IMG/VR virus record: IMGVR_UViG_3300030098_005498
Coordinates: 25,484 to 89,483 of that record
Length of the DNA: 64,000 nucleotides
Reading direction: 5' to 3' (one strand)
DNA from: a virus
The notes below the pieces were generated by a model, which searched no databases, was not told the origin of the DNA, and saw only the letters and a list, made by a program, of their open reading frames with translations. The position numbers and the translations under genes are program-made. Shown in pieces: positions 1 to 10,561 of this stretch (positions are counted from its first letter, which is position 1; the number at the start of each line of letters is the position of its first letter).

Positions 1-560
1 TTAGAAACGTCTGATTCTCTACCTGATGTTTGCAAGTACCACTGATCATCGCCGTTAAAAAACTGTTCATAGTCATGTTCAACGTTTTTGATTTTCTTTA
101 GAGTGGTTTTGAGCTTACCACAAAGCATGATTCTATGGCACTCAGCATCACTCTGATCAACATAATAGATTGCCTGCGGCTCATAGTCAAGCTGTATATG
201 ATTACCCTTAAAGAGATTTGCAAATCCGTTTACATTTGATGTCACGCATAGAACATTACCATTGGCGGCAACTTCTTTTAGTACATTAAGATTTTGATTT
301 GAAACATATCTAACAAGGTCGAACCAGCCGTTTTTGTTTTTTGCATATAAAATATACCCATCAAATTGACATCCGATGATTGGTTTAATTCCATGTTTTT
401 TGCAGTCTTGTTGGAATTCTACAGCACCAGATACGGTTCCAAAGTCCGCAATACCACAGGCCGAGTAACCATATTCAGAGCAACGTTTTGCCAACTTATC
501 CGTTTTACAAAACCCATGCTGTAGACTGAAGTGAGTTTTACAATTAATGGGATTCCACAT
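1..560 (-). CDS. dnaE: DNA polymerase III alpha subunit, N-terminal PHP domain (runs off the window edge)
   Basis: Not in the ORF track. Manual translation from ATG at 560 gives MWNPINCKTHFSLQHGFCKTDKLAKRCSEYGYSACGIADFGTVSGAVEFQQDCKKHGIKPIIG, the DnaE PHP pattern (HxxxSL, xAxTDxG, GIKPIIG). GAGGA RBS upstream. Confidence 0.88.
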   Translation of the reverse strand, partial: MWNPINCKTHFSLQHGFCKTDKLAKRCSEYGYSACGIADFGTVSGAVEFQQDCKKHGIKPIIGCQFDGYILYAKNKNGWFDLVRYVSNQNLNVLKEVAANGNVLCVTSNVNGFANLFKGNHIQLDYEPQAIYYVDQSDAECHRIMLCGKLKTTLKKIKNVEHDYEQFFNGDDQWYLQTSGRESDVS

Positions 561-593
561 AATGTTCCTCAATTATTTAATAGATGTTTCCCT

Positions 594-622
594 ATTATAC
601 TATACAGTCTTTTGTTTGTCAA
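594..622 (-). promoter_or_regulatory. sigma70-type promoter upstream of dnaE
   Basis: Perfect TTGACA-17 nt-TATAAT on the minus strand. Confidence 0.85.
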
Positions 623-632
623 TTATAGATGT

Positions 633-1490
633 CTAAAAACTCACATGTTTTACCATAGGTTTATCTTTGTGTTCTTTTTTTAATTTGTTGTATTTTAATA
701 ACTTTAATTTAAATGTTTCTTGGTATACTTGTTGTATGTATTGGATGTAATAATCAGAACAAAGTCTCCCAGCACCATTCATAGAGTTGTCGTTCATAGA
801 AAAAAAACTACCAACATTTTTAGAGTTGTATTCCAGAGAGTCAGATGGATCGACTGTAGACAAAAGCATTGTATTATAAATCTCTCTGTGTTTTATATCG
901 TAGGTTCTTTGTTCTGCACCCTGATGAACATGATATGATTTTATTAAGTGACATGGGTTAATAACTTTAAAATTATTTACAATAGCTAAAAAGCAAATAT
1001 GATTATCGCAACATTGTGTACCTTGATAAAAGAAAGATGTGTTTATCATTTCTTCTGGTATTTTTTTTCTGAATGCCCACACATCTTGAGAAAAAGCTTC
1101 GTGCCCTTGTATTTCAGTTTCACTATCGTAAGTGTTCCATCTGGTCAAACAAACAAAATAATCTTCTTTAATGCCTTCAAGTTGGGCTAGGGTATTGTCA
1201 AAGTAAATATCATTATTTGCAATTATGTATATTGTATTTTCACAAAAATTGTTGTTGCAATATGTAAAATAGTCTGCATAGGTCATTCTTTTCTTTGTTG
1301 GAATGCGTGTTATTTTTTGATCTTTACAAAGACTCACATCTTTATCGGCAAAAACGATTATGCTATCAATATATTCGCACTCTATGTTTTTTTGCAATAC
1401 TTTAGAAAATTCTTCGTTTCTTTGTGAAAACTCAGATTTGTAAAGTTCAACAAGTAGTGTTATACTATCCCGGTGCCTCATAATGTCCAA
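633..1490 (-). CDS. putative glycosyltransferase-like protein (GT-A fold)
   Basis: IIANNDIYFD (DxD-like), SQDVW and CDN motifs seen in phage and giant-virus GT-like proteins. Confidence 0.5.
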   Translation of the reverse strand: MDIMRHRDSITLLVELYKSEFSQRNEEFSKVLQKNIECEYIDSIIVFADKDVSLCKDQKITRIPTKKRMTYADYFTYCNNNFCENTIYIIANNDIYFDNTLAQLEGIKEDYFVCLTRWNTYDSETEIQGHEAFSQDVWAFRKKIPEEMINTSFFYQGTQCCDNHICFLAIVNNFKVINPCHLIKSYHVHQGAEQRTYDIKHREIYNTMLLSTVDPSDSLEYNSKNVGSFFSMNDNSMNGAGRLCSDYYIQYIQQVYQETFKLKLLKYNKLKKEHKDKPMVKHVSF

Positions 1491-2490
1491 TATTAAATCC
1501 TTCCTTAGTGCATTTTTCTACAGTATCATCATAACCAAATGCCTTAAGATGTTCTTCTACATGTTCGCACATTGAGATGTTTGTTCCGGGCCAATTCTTT
1601 TTATAAAAATCACATAATTTTGTACATTTAAAACTAGTCCTATTCCTAGAGCATGGTTGCGGAAAATCATTGCGTTGAATTTGTTTAAATCTTTGTTCTA
1701 GCATTCCTAGAAATTTTTCTTGATCATTTTGATCGAAACACATACTGAATGGGCCACCATCCCTAATAAAAAATATAGACATAATTGCCTGATCATAGTC
1801 AGGGTACAGTTTAGAAATTGCATAGTGATATAAAAGCAACTGAGGATCTTCAATTAACTTTTCATATGTTTTTTCTTCTCCAGTAGCCCAGTTTTTACGT
1901 TGTCCAGTTTTCCAATCAATAACTTCAATAATTCCATCGTCAACTTCAGTAACAAGGTCAATTGTTCCCTTGATCGCTAATTGACACTCCGTTATTTTAC
2001 CGTCTGGCGTCTTGTATTTAAATTTTGCCCAGTCACGATCAATCGGAATATCAAACTGAGGCTCCGCTTCTACGATGTTTCTTTTTCTGGGGTCGAATTG
2101 TCCATTATGATATTCTAGTGCTTGATCAGTTAGCTTTCTACAAAACTTTTTATCAGACCCCGTATATTTATGTATGCAGTTGCTTGTATAATGATCATAA
2201 CTTCGATCTAATATTTTAGTAACAAGGGTTTTTGTAAATAGGTTTTTAGCTGTAAAATTCACCTTACCAATTGCATCATCATTTATAAATAAACTTTTTT
2301 TATTATTATTATTATCTTGAAGTTGTTTTTTACAAGAGGCTAATATCTCCATAACCTTATGAACAATCGTTCCTAGTTGTGCTTTTTTCCCAGATGTTGT
2401 TTGATGTCCTAATACATAGGTCATAAAAAATTGCATTTGGCAATAATCATAGTTATTATAAGATGAACTTCGGATATATGTTACTATCAA
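1465..2490 (-). CDS. PD-(D/E)XK exonuclease, Cas4/RecB/AddB-like
   Basis: GTIVH, KGTIDLV, IDWKTG and QLLLY motifs; Cys residues at the N- and C-termini. Confidence 0.85.
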   Translation of the reverse strand: MIVTYIRSSSYNNYDYCQMQFFMTYVLGHQTTSGKKAQLGTIVHKVMEILASCKKQLQDNNNNKKSLFINDDAIGKVNFTAKNLFTKTLVTKILDRSYDHYTSNCIHKYTGSDKKFCRKLTDQALEYHNGQFDPRKRNIVEAEPQFDIPIDRDWAKFKYKTPDGKITECQLAIKGTIDLVTEVDDGIIEVIDWKTGQRKNWATGEEKTYEKLIEDPQLLLYHYAISKLYPDYDQAIMSIFFIRDGGPFSMCFDQNDQEKFLGMLEQRFKQIQRNDFPQPCSRNRTSFKCTKLCDFYKKNWPGTNISMCEHVEEHLKAFGYDDTVEKCTKEGFNIGHYEAPG

Positions 2491-3311
2491 TCTTTTGCCT
2501 TTATAGTATGGAGTCCTTTTTTATGATTAGTCACCGTGGGTTCTCCCAGCCAGCCCCATTCATTTAATTGTTTTATCACCTCTACACAAAGATCTTTTAT
2601 ATCCATATCTTCATTGTCAATAATCACATCAAATGCATCGGGATTTTCTTTAATAATTTGTTCACTAGCGTGACTGTCTTCATATGGGCGTCTGGTTAAA
2701 GCTATTACTTTTCCTCCAGCTTCTTGTATAGCTTTAATTTCGTTGCCAAAACGACAATCATCAATAACAGCCAACAAGGATTCTTCTTCTTGTATATTTT
2801 TAATACACCGATTAATCCATATCGGTTCATACATTTTCCTGCAAATATTTGTACCAAAGTATTGTAGAAATTCACGGACTGTCATTGGTCCAGACTTTTT
2901 ACGATTATTTTTAGACCTTCCTGGCATGTTTTCCCATCTAAGATGAGGTACTTGCTGCATCTTATAAGCCTCTGTGCCGTACACTTGCTCGTTAGTTAAT
3001 CCGAACAATCCTACACTTATATCTTTTAGAGAATCTGCAAAAGAATATTTTTTTACAAATGGCCACATATGGTAAATAGCCCATTCTATGAATTCTGCGT
3101 CTTTTCGATTTAAATCTATATATGTATCTCCAACTTCTTTTTTGCCCTCAGCTAAAAGGATTTCAGTTTTTACAGCTAATTTTCCTTGATTATCAATAAA
3201 GAAATCTTGGACCACTTCTTGAGCACGTAATTGATATCCATGCAAAAAGTTGCAACAAGTTGATTTTCCGGCCTGTTTAGCACCAGCAAATGCTAAAATT
3301 CTAGTGTTCAT
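2487..3311 (-). CDS. deoxynucleoside monophosphate kinase
   Basis: P-loop GAKQAGKST, SFADSLK, REFLQYFGT, DDCRF (T4 gp1-like). Confidence 0.85.
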   Translation of the reverse strand: MNTRILAFAGAKQAGKSTCCNFLHGYQLRAQEVVQDFFIDNQGKLAVKTEILLAEGKKEVGDTYIDLNRKDAEFIEWAIYHMWPFVKKYSFADSLKDISVGLFGLTNEQVYGTEAYKMQQVPHLRWENMPGRSKNNRKKSGPMTVREFLQYFGTNICRKMYEPIWINRCIKNIQEEESLLAVIDDCRFGNEIKAIQEAGGKVIALTRRPYEDSHASEQIIKENPDAFDVIIDNEDMDIKDLCVEVIKQLNEWGWLGEPTVTNHKKGLHTIKAKD

Positions 3312-4380
3312 TAATTAATTCCTTAATTTGAGGATAGATAAGTTCTTTAATTTGTTCTACTGTAAGATCTCCAATATCTTTTATACCGTCTGGCATATCT
3401 GGTCTGATATAGTTAAATCTTCTACCACACTTTTTAATAATTTGTTCAGAAGCTTTCTTTCCAGCATCGTCATAATCTGTTAGGATTATCAAATTTAATG
3501 CTCCGCTTTGTTCTAGCAGAATTAATTGGTCTTCATTAATACTACAGCCAAAGATGCCAACCGTCATATCTAACCCGGCTTCAACAGCTCTCCAAACATC
3601 TCCCTGTCCTTCAACAATAATAGCGGTACGTGTTTCAAATATTTTATTTTTGGCTAAATTTAATCCATACAAAATATTTTTAGTAAATCCTTTACTGTGC
3701 AACCATTTTGGTTGTAGGTGTTCTTTAATCGCTCTTCCTACACAGCCTACATAATTGTAGTCTTCATCGTAGATTGGAACAACGACTCTACCGGACATTG
3801 GTTGATTTTCTTTTAAACATTCACCAACATCAAAACACTCTAATACTGATTCAGTATAATTTCTTTGCAAATAATATTTTGCGGGTATATCTAACTTTTG
3901 TTGTATTGATGATCTTGTTACATCTGATTTGTTTCTAGATATTGAACGGTTGAATATATCTATAGTTTTAGCATGGTGTTGTTGGGGAATTTGTAAAGAT
4001 TCTAGATCTTTTTTCAAAAAATGACATAAAAAATCTGCTGTTTCATTCATACTTACAGATCTTTCTCTTTGTTGAGATAAGCAACCTCTAACAAAACCAA
4101 AAAGATTATTAATATATTCTTCATGACAATTATGTGTCCAGCAAGCCCAGTTACCTTTATTGGTCAATCCATCAGTAAATATACAGCACGCTTCTCTATT
4201 ATCACCCCCATGTACGGGGCATGGAAAAGCGATTCGATTTGGATACTCAACGTAGTCTATTCCAAAATATTCTAACAAAGATTGAATTTTTAAAAGTGTT
4301 TCATCACACAGAGATGAGATCTTCTCCTTCGTCAATCTCCTGTGTTTCAAATCCCTGCTGTCTGTTTGCGTTGTTTTCAT
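3301..4380 (-). CDS. dnaG: DNA primase (Zn finger + TOPRIM)
   Basis: CPVH...CWTHNC Zn finger; VEGQGD and DYDDAG TOPRIM motifs; adjacent to the helicase; start uncertain. Confidence 0.9.
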   Translation of the reverse strand: MKTTQTDSRDLKHRRLTKEKISSLCDETLLKIQSLLEYFGIDYVEYPNRIAFPCPVHGGDNREACCIFTDGLTNKGNWACWTHNCHEEYINNLFGFVRGCLSQQRERSVSMNETADFLCHFLKKDLESLQIPQQHHAKTIDIFNRSISRNKSDVTRSSIQQKLDIPAKYYLQRNYTESVLECFDVGECLKENQPMSGRVVVPIYDEDYNYVGCVGRAIKEHLQPKWLHSKGFTKNILYGLNLAKNKIFETRTAIIVEGQGDVWRAVEAGLDMTVGIFGCSINEDQLILLEQSGALNLIILTDYDDAGKKASEQIIKKCGRRFNYIRPDMPDGIKDIGDLTVEQIKELIYPQIKELINEH

Positions 4381-5773
4381 GAATTTCGTTTCTTGTTAAA
4401 CCTTGTTCAATTCTACCAAATCTACCGTGCATTGTCATACTGATATAATCGCCATCATCCAAGCCCTCTCCATGTCTAGCAACCACTGGAACAATTTTTC
4501 TGTCTCCATTTTGAGTTCCATCCTCCGCTTTTTCTTCATCTGATTTTAATTTGAATATTGAAAAACTTGTACACAGCCAAATAAGTCTATCAGAACCAGA
4601 TACTACATCTGTAGATTCTTTTGTTATGCCATCACGATTAAGTTGTACAAAAGCACAACATGCTACATCATACTTAACCATAAAGTTGTGGAGTTTCGTA
4701 ATTTGAAAACCCAAAACTTGGTATTCTTGCATTGCAGCATTGATACCTTCCGATCCCATGAGTTTGAGATAGTCATAGACAATCAAACAATCATTAGTTC
4801 TTCCATTTTCATCAAAGCCAACATGTTGATAAATCCATTTCCTCATTTGACTTAGAATATTTTCAAATGATTCACCGGCAATACTAATATAATGATAAGG
4901 AATCTCTTTAAGTTTTTGAGCGGCTATTTGTACTTTTTCTTTTTCTATTTCGTTTTCTGTAAATCGACCACTGGCAATTCTATTTATCTCTATTCCTGAT
5001 AGATTAGCTAAGATTCTATTGTAATGGTCTTCTTTAGACATTTCTGTATCTAGAACAAGGACTGGTATGTTTTCCTTAGAGGCTACATGAAGTGCAACCG
5101 CATCGCCAAACATTGATTTACCAACCTTTGGTCGTGCTGCAATCAGATCAACACATTTTCTGCGAAAACCACCACCAATTGCAGTATCATATGCGGGAAA
5201 CCCTGAAGGTATTCCTATAAAATCTGACACATTGTTCGCTAAGAAATCCAAGTAATCATCTAAACCTTCTCCTAGAATCTCTGTTTTTTTACTGGATGAT
5301 TGATAAATATCCCCAGTAGCTTCCAGTAAAGGTTCTTCAATTTTGGCAACGATGTCCATTACATCCTCTTCGCCACTAATACTGCCTAATTCCTTTTCAC
5401 ACGCTTTGAGTGTTTGTAGAAGATCTCTTGAAAGTTTTAATTTAGCAATCTTGGCTGCATAACTTCCTACATTTGATTTATGTATAGGAAAATTAAATAA
5501 AGAACGTATAAAGCCTATTTCTTCTTTATTATTTACTTGTTCCTCTACACCTAAATCATTTGCAGCAGATAGGATGGAAGAAAGTTCAACTTGAGTATTT
5601 TCTGAGATAGATTTAAAAACACATTCAAATATTAAAGCGTTCATAGAATCTGTAAAATCATCAGAACTAATAAAGTCTATTTCTAAATATGCATCAAGAC
5701 CGTATTGACATAAGGCAGCCAATACAGCACGTTCTGAAGCTAAATCTGCTAATTTTGTTATCGTCTTAGGCAT
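4304..5773 (-). CDS. dnaB: replicative DNA helicase
   Basis: SERAVL N-terminus, AARPKVGKS Walker A, YDYL, QLNR. Confidence 0.93.
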   Translation of the reverse strand: MPKTITKLADLASERAVLAALCQYGLDAYLEIDFISSDDFTDSMNALIFECVFKSISENTQVELSSILSAANDLGVEEQVNNKEEIGFIRSLFNFPIHKSNVGSYAAKIAKLKLSRDLLQTLKACEKELGSISGEEDVMDIVAKIEEPLLEATGDIYQSSSKKTEILGEGLDDYLDFLANNVSDFIGIPSGFPAYDTAIGGGFRRKCVDLIAARPKVGKSMFGDAVALHVASKENIPVLVLDTEMSKEDHYNRILANLSGIEINRIASGRFTENEIEKEKVQIAAQKLKEIPYHYISIAGESFENILSQMRKWIYQHVGFDENGRTNDCLIVYDYLKLMGSEGINAAMQEYQVLGFQITKLHNFMVKYDVACCAFVQLNRDGITKESTDVVSGSDRLIWLCTSFSIFKLKSDEEKAEDGTQNGDRKIVPVVARHGEGLDDGDYISMTMHGRFGRIEQGLTRNEIHENNANRQQGFETQEIDEGEDLISV

Positions 5774-6159
5774 CTATCACACACATAAAATTCGCGGGCA
5801 TGTTGGGGGTGGACTTCTACTGTCTTGCTGCAACGAGAGCAAACCTGTTCTATTTTTTTAAAGGCAGGTCTTCTGCGTTCTGTTGGTTCAATTGGGGGGG
5901 TTTTATTCTCCTTATCTTTATGTTCTGTTCCATCATCTGAGAATTGATTATATCTCTTACGTTTAGTAACGGGTTCAGGTGTTACTTTGCTTACCTTGTC
6001 GTTCATTACGAACTGATTATTGTCATCTTCTTTTGGTGGATTTCTTTTATACACAGGCTTAGTTTCTTGTTGTTGTGTATCTAAAAGACTTTGGGCTAGT
6101 TCTGCTTTTTGTTCTGGAGTTAATGTGTCCAGAAGACTTTTAATGATGTCGTCGCTCAT
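5758..6159 (-). CDS. hypothetical protein with C-terminal Zn ribbon
   Basis: CSRC...CDRC; coupled to its neighbours. Confidence 0.6.
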   Translation of the reverse strand: MSDDIIKSLLDTLTPEQKAELAQSLLDTQQQETKPVYKRNPPKEDDNNQFVMNDKVSKVTPEPVTKRKRYNQFSDDGTEHKDKENKTPPIEPTERRRPAFKKIEQVCSRCSKTVEVHPQHAREFYVCDRCLRR

Positions 6160-6635
6160 TATTTTCTCCTAGCTATATTACTTAGTGTTTCTGCCATTTT
6201 AATAATCCTGTTATGTTTTCCATCTAGGGTTCTTACTCTAGCTTCCGCATGATTTTTAATTTTTAATATTTCTGATGCTAGTGGATTTTCTCTAACTGCA
6301 CCATAATACTTTTCTTGCCACTTAGAGTACTGTCCGCCATATTGATTTAGCACTCCACTTATTATAAACCAGATTGATGATTCTGACCATTCCAAAATAT
6401 TTTTTTCTTTAGTGTTTTCTGTCTCAATGTATTCAGCATAAGCATATAATTTAAAAGCATTAATGTTACAAGTTTCCGAATTCCAAGATTTTATATCATC
6501 AGTACTAGCATTAAGAACAAGTTCTATATCTTCTGGAGGATTTACTGGTGCTAGATATTTAGATTTTGTCCAGTCCTCTACAGCTTGTATAAACTTAGTT
6601 AATTTTTGCTCTCCACTCATTTTCATTCTCGTCAT
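6159..6635 (-). CDS. hypothetical helical protein (possibly a recombination mediator)
   Basis: 158-aa ORF between recA and dnaB; function guessed from position only. Confidence 0.5.
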   Translation of the reverse strand: MTRMKMSGEQKLTKFIQAVEDWTKSKYLAPVNPPEDIELVLNASTDDIKSWNSETCNINAFKLYAYAEYIETENTKEKNILEWSESSIWFIISGVLNQYGGQYSKWQEKYYGAVRENPLASEILKIKNHAEARVRTLDGKHNRIIKMAETLSNIARRK

Positions 6636-6993
6636 AATTAAATGTTACAATTATAATTTCATTGATTCTACACCATTCTAATTTGTCTCTATCTCTTGCC
6701 TGGGCACGAAAAAAGGAGAGCTTATCTCTATAATGAAATTTATTAAACTTGAAATGTTGTTCGCCGTGAACTTCAATAATTAGATTTCTGTTTGGTATAT
6801 AAAGATCAGCACGTAAAACGCTTTTTCTTATTGAAGTTTTAGTGCCCGGAAGTGAAACTTCCTCTAATATTTTATCATACGGATACCATATATCAAGAGC
6901 CCTTTTGGCTTTTTTATGTAGTTTAGATCTTTTCCCACCTCCAGATTTGGGATTCCATTTATAGTTTTTTCCGTCTAATCCTATTACTTTCAT
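6595..6993 (-). CDS. Vsr/DUF559-like PD-(D/E)XK endonuclease
   Basis: LRADLYIP...IIEVHGEQH...RDRDK motif. Confidence 0.75.
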   Translation of the reverse strand: MKVIGLDGKNYKWNPKSGGGKRSKLHKKAKRALDIWYPYDKILEEVSLPGTKTSIRKSVLRADLYIPNRNLIIEVHGEQHFKFNKFHYRDKLSFFRAQARDRDKLEWCRINEIIIVTFNYDENENEWRAKIN

Positions 6994-7894
6994 ATTGCAC
7001 TCTGTCTAATAGTTCTTCAAAATTTTCTTCTAACAACAATGAATAGTCATAATCTACTTGACCATGCTCTTCATAAAAATCTTGAATGAGCTTGTAAACA
7101 TTACTAAATTCATATCTACTTACAAGTATCATGGGCCAGATCTTAGAAAAGATTCTATTCATCCAATTATCCATTGCTACAGGAACCGTGTTGCATAAGA
7201 TGCATTCCCAAGTTCTAAATGTATCTAGTCCATTTCCAGTAGGAGAAATAGCAAAATTATAAGATGCTAATACTTTCATAAAGTCAACGAATGGCATTCT
7301 ATCTCCCTTGAGGATACCCATATTTAATTCTACATCTTGGGTATCATATCTTTTAGGAAAATTACAATCAATAAATTGTTGCTGCCAACACCATTCGGCT
7401 ACTCTAATTCTATATGGAGAGGTTATGGTAAAGTTTGCATAACATAGATTATCCTTGGGTATAGATCTAAGTTCTTGTATGTCAATGGCATTCCAGTCTT
7501 CACCATGATTAACTCCTATGGGTAATGGGTATATTTTCCTATGAAGAAATTGTCCCATATTAGTCATATACCAGCGTCTTACATGAGGAAGTATTGAATC
7601 TATTTCTATATTGAAATATACTCCTCCATGAGCAGCGTCTTCAATCGTATAAGAGTATATTGAGTCAAATGAAATATTACATTGAGTTTTTTTAATTCCC
7701 CAATCTCCAGCGTGAGTAATCAAAGTCTTGTTACTGTCTAGAGACAAATTTAATTCATTTTGTATAGCTTGTTGCGTTTTGGTTTTTGTGCCGTGTCGTA
7801 AATCTTGTGCATTTATTTTTTTACAACATTTGTAAAGATCGCAAAATACATTGCTGTTAATCAATCCCTCTTTCTTGTATTTCCACATGTTCAT
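6959..7894 (-). CDS. exostosin-like (GT47-like) glycosyltransferase
   Basis: PLPIG and FAISPTGNGLDTFRTWECILCNTVPV. Confidence 0.7.
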   Translation of the reverse strand: MNMWKYKKEGLINSNVFCDLYKCCKKINAQDLRHGTKTKTQQAIQNELNLSLDSNKTLITHAGDWGIKKTQCNISFDSIYSYTIEDAAHGGVYFNIEIDSILPHVRRWYMTNMGQFLHRKIYPLPIGVNHGEDWNAIDIQELRSIPKDNLCYANFTITSPYRIRVAEWCWQQQFIDCNFPKRYDTQDVELNMGILKGDRMPFVDFMKVLASYNFAISPTGNGLDTFRTWECILCNTVPVAMDNWMNRIFSKIWPMILVSRYEFSNVYKLIQDFYEEHGQVDYDYSLLLEENFEELLDRVQYESNRIRRKKL

Positions 7895-8985
7895 TTGGAC
7901 AATCCTTCCTTTATCAATTTTTCTAACACGTCTACTAGAACGGGATTAGATTTTAAAAAATCATACAATTTGTTTTGACCTTGAAACTTGCCAGCCTTAA
8001 TGGAAAATAACTCTTCGTCATTTTCAACATCAATATCTGGAAATATTTCTTTAGCTATATCTTTATACATTTCTAAGAAACTACAAGTGAACCAAGCACC
8101 GGATTTGTTGATCAAACCTATATCTAATGCTAAAGTTAGTATTTCTTGTGTTTTATCAATACCATGTCCATAACGAATATAGCTTTGTACTTGGCCTCCA
8201 GGCGGTCCCATTGATGAACAAATAATTTTCCAATTTACAAGTTGTCCAATTTTTTTACCGTCGTCATCATCCCAAAACTTCACCGCCGAAACCTTTTCTC
8301 CACCACCAGCAATTTCCATTCTTGTATCTGCTTGATATTGTATTTTATTGCCGCCATCAGCCATTTTAGCTTTGCCAAATCCAGATGTGTTAGCGATATA
8401 ATGCGTAATCGCTATTACTAGTCCACGTTGCCTTGGTAACAATTGGCCCACCTTTTTGGTAAAAATACTAAGAATTTTGGGCAATCCTGCACGACCTGGA
8501 CTAAAGTCATTATCTAATTCTTTTTCTGGAATAAGAGAAGAAATAGAGTCAATAATAACAGCAGCACCATGATTGTCTGGATGACTCATCATTAGGTATG
8601 CCCATTCTAGAAATTTTTCAGCGGGGATCGGTTTGTCTTCAGGTGCCATAATCAACATCTTTTCTGGATCAAGACCGTCAACTTGAAAATTCATATCTTT
8701 GAATCTTCCCTCGGCATCAATATAGATTACATTTCTACCTAACTTTTGACAGTTGGCAGCAATTTGCATAGCTGTGGTGGTTTTACCAGATTTAGGATCT
8801 CCTGTCAGTGTGACCCAGCTTCCTTCTTTGATCCCGCCTCCAAGTGCAATGTCAATTGCGGGGCCGACAGATATTATTTCATAGTTACTTTTTTCTTGTA
8901 ATACCTCGGCCCCCGTTTTGATAATTTGACCATAGTCTTTTGCGGACTTTTTTAAGTAATCTGGTAACTTATTTGCCACTGCCAT
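7891..8985 (-). CDS. recA: RecA/UvsX recombinase
   Basis: DIALGGG, GDPKSGKTT, YIDAE, IIDSISSL, GGNKIQY, KSGAWF. Confidence 0.93.
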   Translation of the reverse strand: MAVANKLPDYLKKSAKDYGQIIKTGAEVLQEKSNYEIISVGPAIDIALGGGIKEGSWVTLTGDPKSGKTTTAMQIAANCQKLGRNVIYIDAEGRFKDMNFQVDGLDPEKMLIMAPEDKPIPAEKFLEWAYLMMSHPDNHGAAVIIDSISSLIPEKELDNDFSPGRAGLPKILSIFTKKVGQLLPRQRGLVIAITHYIANTSGFGKAKMADGGNKIQYQADTRMEIAGGGEKVSAVKFWDDDDGKKIGQLVNWKIICSSMGPPGGQVQSYIRYGHGIDKTQEILTLALDIGLINKSGAWFTCSFLEMYKDIAKEIFPDIDVENDEELFSIKAGKFQGQNKLYDFLKSNPVLVDVLEKLIKEGLSK

Positions 8986-9442
8986 CTGCCTTCCTTAGTT
9001 TAGATAATAAACTTTTTTTATTTGGTAATGATTTACGGGGCTTGTATTCACCCTCTAGTTTTTCTACAACCTTTTTAGGTTTAGCATCTTCAGTATCTGT
9101 AATTTTTTTAGATTTCTCTATACCCCTTTTTACAAAATCTAAAGCTAAAACAAACTTTTTAGTTTTATGCAAAAAGCCCAATGAATACACATTTGATCCG
9201 CTTGGGCTATTTAAATAGTGAAGAATTGGTTTCTCTCCATACTTTTTTATTAATTTATGTGCGACACGAACTTGTATTTGATAAGTATCGCCTTTGTTCC
9301 AAAATTTGTAAGCTAGGCTACCCTTATTTTCTTTCTCGGCACGTCTGATGCAGACTAGTTCTGCAATATATTGAGCCGAGCTACACGGCTGCCCCGTTGA
9401 TATACTCTTGTATTTTTGCGTGTTTGATTTTTTTTGAGTCAT
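8969..9442 (-). CDS. hypothetical protein
   Basis: ORF overlapping its neighbours in the operon. Confidence 0.6.
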   Translation of the reverse strand: MTQKKSNTQKYKSISTGQPCSSAQYIAELVCIRRAEKENKGSLAYKFWNKGDTYQIQVRVAHKLIKKYGEKPILHYLNSPSGSNVYSLGFLHKTKKFVLALDFVKRGIEKSKKITDTEDAKPKKVVEKLEGEYKPRKSLPNKKSLLSKLRKADGSGK

Positions 9443-9902
9443 GTTTAAAAATCATTTGATTGATAGACTGTTCGACAACTTCTCTAATTTCTTTTTCTGG
9501 CTCAAGATCTGTTTCCGGCCATATAAACTTTCTTACGTCCACTTTATCGCATTCAGGTCGCAATAATGACACAGACAAAAATTGAAAATCTTGATGAGAT
9601 CCATCCAGAGATTGGTCTCTTGAACAACCTCTCATAATTGAAAATCCATCTAAGCCTTCGGGGTCTTCAAAAAAAGTATATTCAGGCATACCAAACATGT
9701 ATAATTTAATTGAGGTGGGAGATGTTTTATTGTTTTCGCAATACATTTTAAATCTTTCCCAGCACTTTTCATATCCTGGTCTTTCATAATCACCCCAAAT
9801 AACACTACCGTCCAACATTTCAGCCTTCCAACTCATTGTAATTTCATTATGCGTCATATGACGCATATATGCATCAAATGTTTTGCAAACTTTAGTGTTC
9901 AT
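9381..9902 (-). CDS. hypothetical protein
   Basis: 173-aa ORF in the operon. Confidence 0.6.
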   Translation of the reverse strand: MNTKVCKTFDAYMRHMTHNEITMSWKAEMLDGSVIWGDYERPGYEKCWERFKMYCENNKTSPTSIKLYMFGMPEYTFFEDPEGLDGFSIMRGCSRDQSLDGSHQDFQFLSVSLLRPECDKVDVRKFIWPETDLEPEKEIREVVEQSINQMIFKHDSKKIKHAKIQEYINGAAV

Positions 9903-9912
9903 ACTTATTATC

Positions 9913-10215
9913 TCACTTTATTTTATGAATATGCCTTCCATAACGTGGAGGGACGCCATTTGCGGCTTCCTTTCTTCTTTCCTGCTTTTTATCGGAGGCC
10001 ATGGAGGCTTCCATTGTAGATATTGTAACTCCACGCTCTTCATCTTTAGCATATAGTGCTTTTGTTGGAGTTTCTGGGTTTGCCAAATTATCTAGATATC
10101 TTTCAACGATTGCTACAGATCTATTTAAAGCTGTAGCCATAGCACTAGATTTAAGATATTGATGATTTTCTTCAATGTATTTCTTTTCAGAATTTGAAAG
10201 TGGACCTTTTTTCAT
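9913..10215 (-). CDS. hypothetical protein, possible HTH
   Basis: SEKKYIEEN...MATALNRS resembles a Myb/HTH-like segment. Confidence 0.5.
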   Translation of the reverse strand: MKKGPLSNSEKKYIEENHQYLKSSAMATALNRSVAIVERYLDNLANPETPTKALYAKDEERGVTISTMEASMASDKKQERRKEAANGVPPRYGRHIHKIK

Positions 10216-10216
10216 T

Positions 10217-10561
10217 TTATCTCTCCGATAGTAAAATTCTTCTTGCAGTGGTAAAGTGTATTTTATTTTTGCTATTCAGATACTTAACAAAAGCATCAAA
10301 AGCTTTTTTATTAACCTTTTTAAACTTAAACACATCCGATATGCGTTTTCTACTCAAATTGTCGTCTATTCCATATGGATCAATAAGCTCACCCCTGCCA
10401 ACTCTTACAAAGTATTGAGAAGTACCACTTGTTGTGAGTGACTTTTTAGCAAAGCTAGAATATTCCTCACATTCAAGTCCATCCTTGCCAATGAATTTAG
10501 TTATTACTTCATCGGGATCGGGGATGCCCATTCTAACAAATTCATTTTCTTGATTCGACAT
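10217..10561 (-). CDS. hypothetical protein
   Basis: ORF with GGAGA RBS. Confidence 0.6.
   Translation of the reverse strand: MSNQENEFVRMGIPDPDEVITKFIGKDGLECEEYSSFAKKSLTTSGTSQYFVRVGRGELIDPYGIDDNLSRKRISDVFKFKKVNKKAFDAFVKYLNSKNKIHFTTARRILLSER

Noticed and set aside
1465-2490. Cas4-like gene as part of a CRISPR-Cas locus
   Set aside because: No cas1/cas2 or array is present; it is a stand-alone exonuclease in the replication block.
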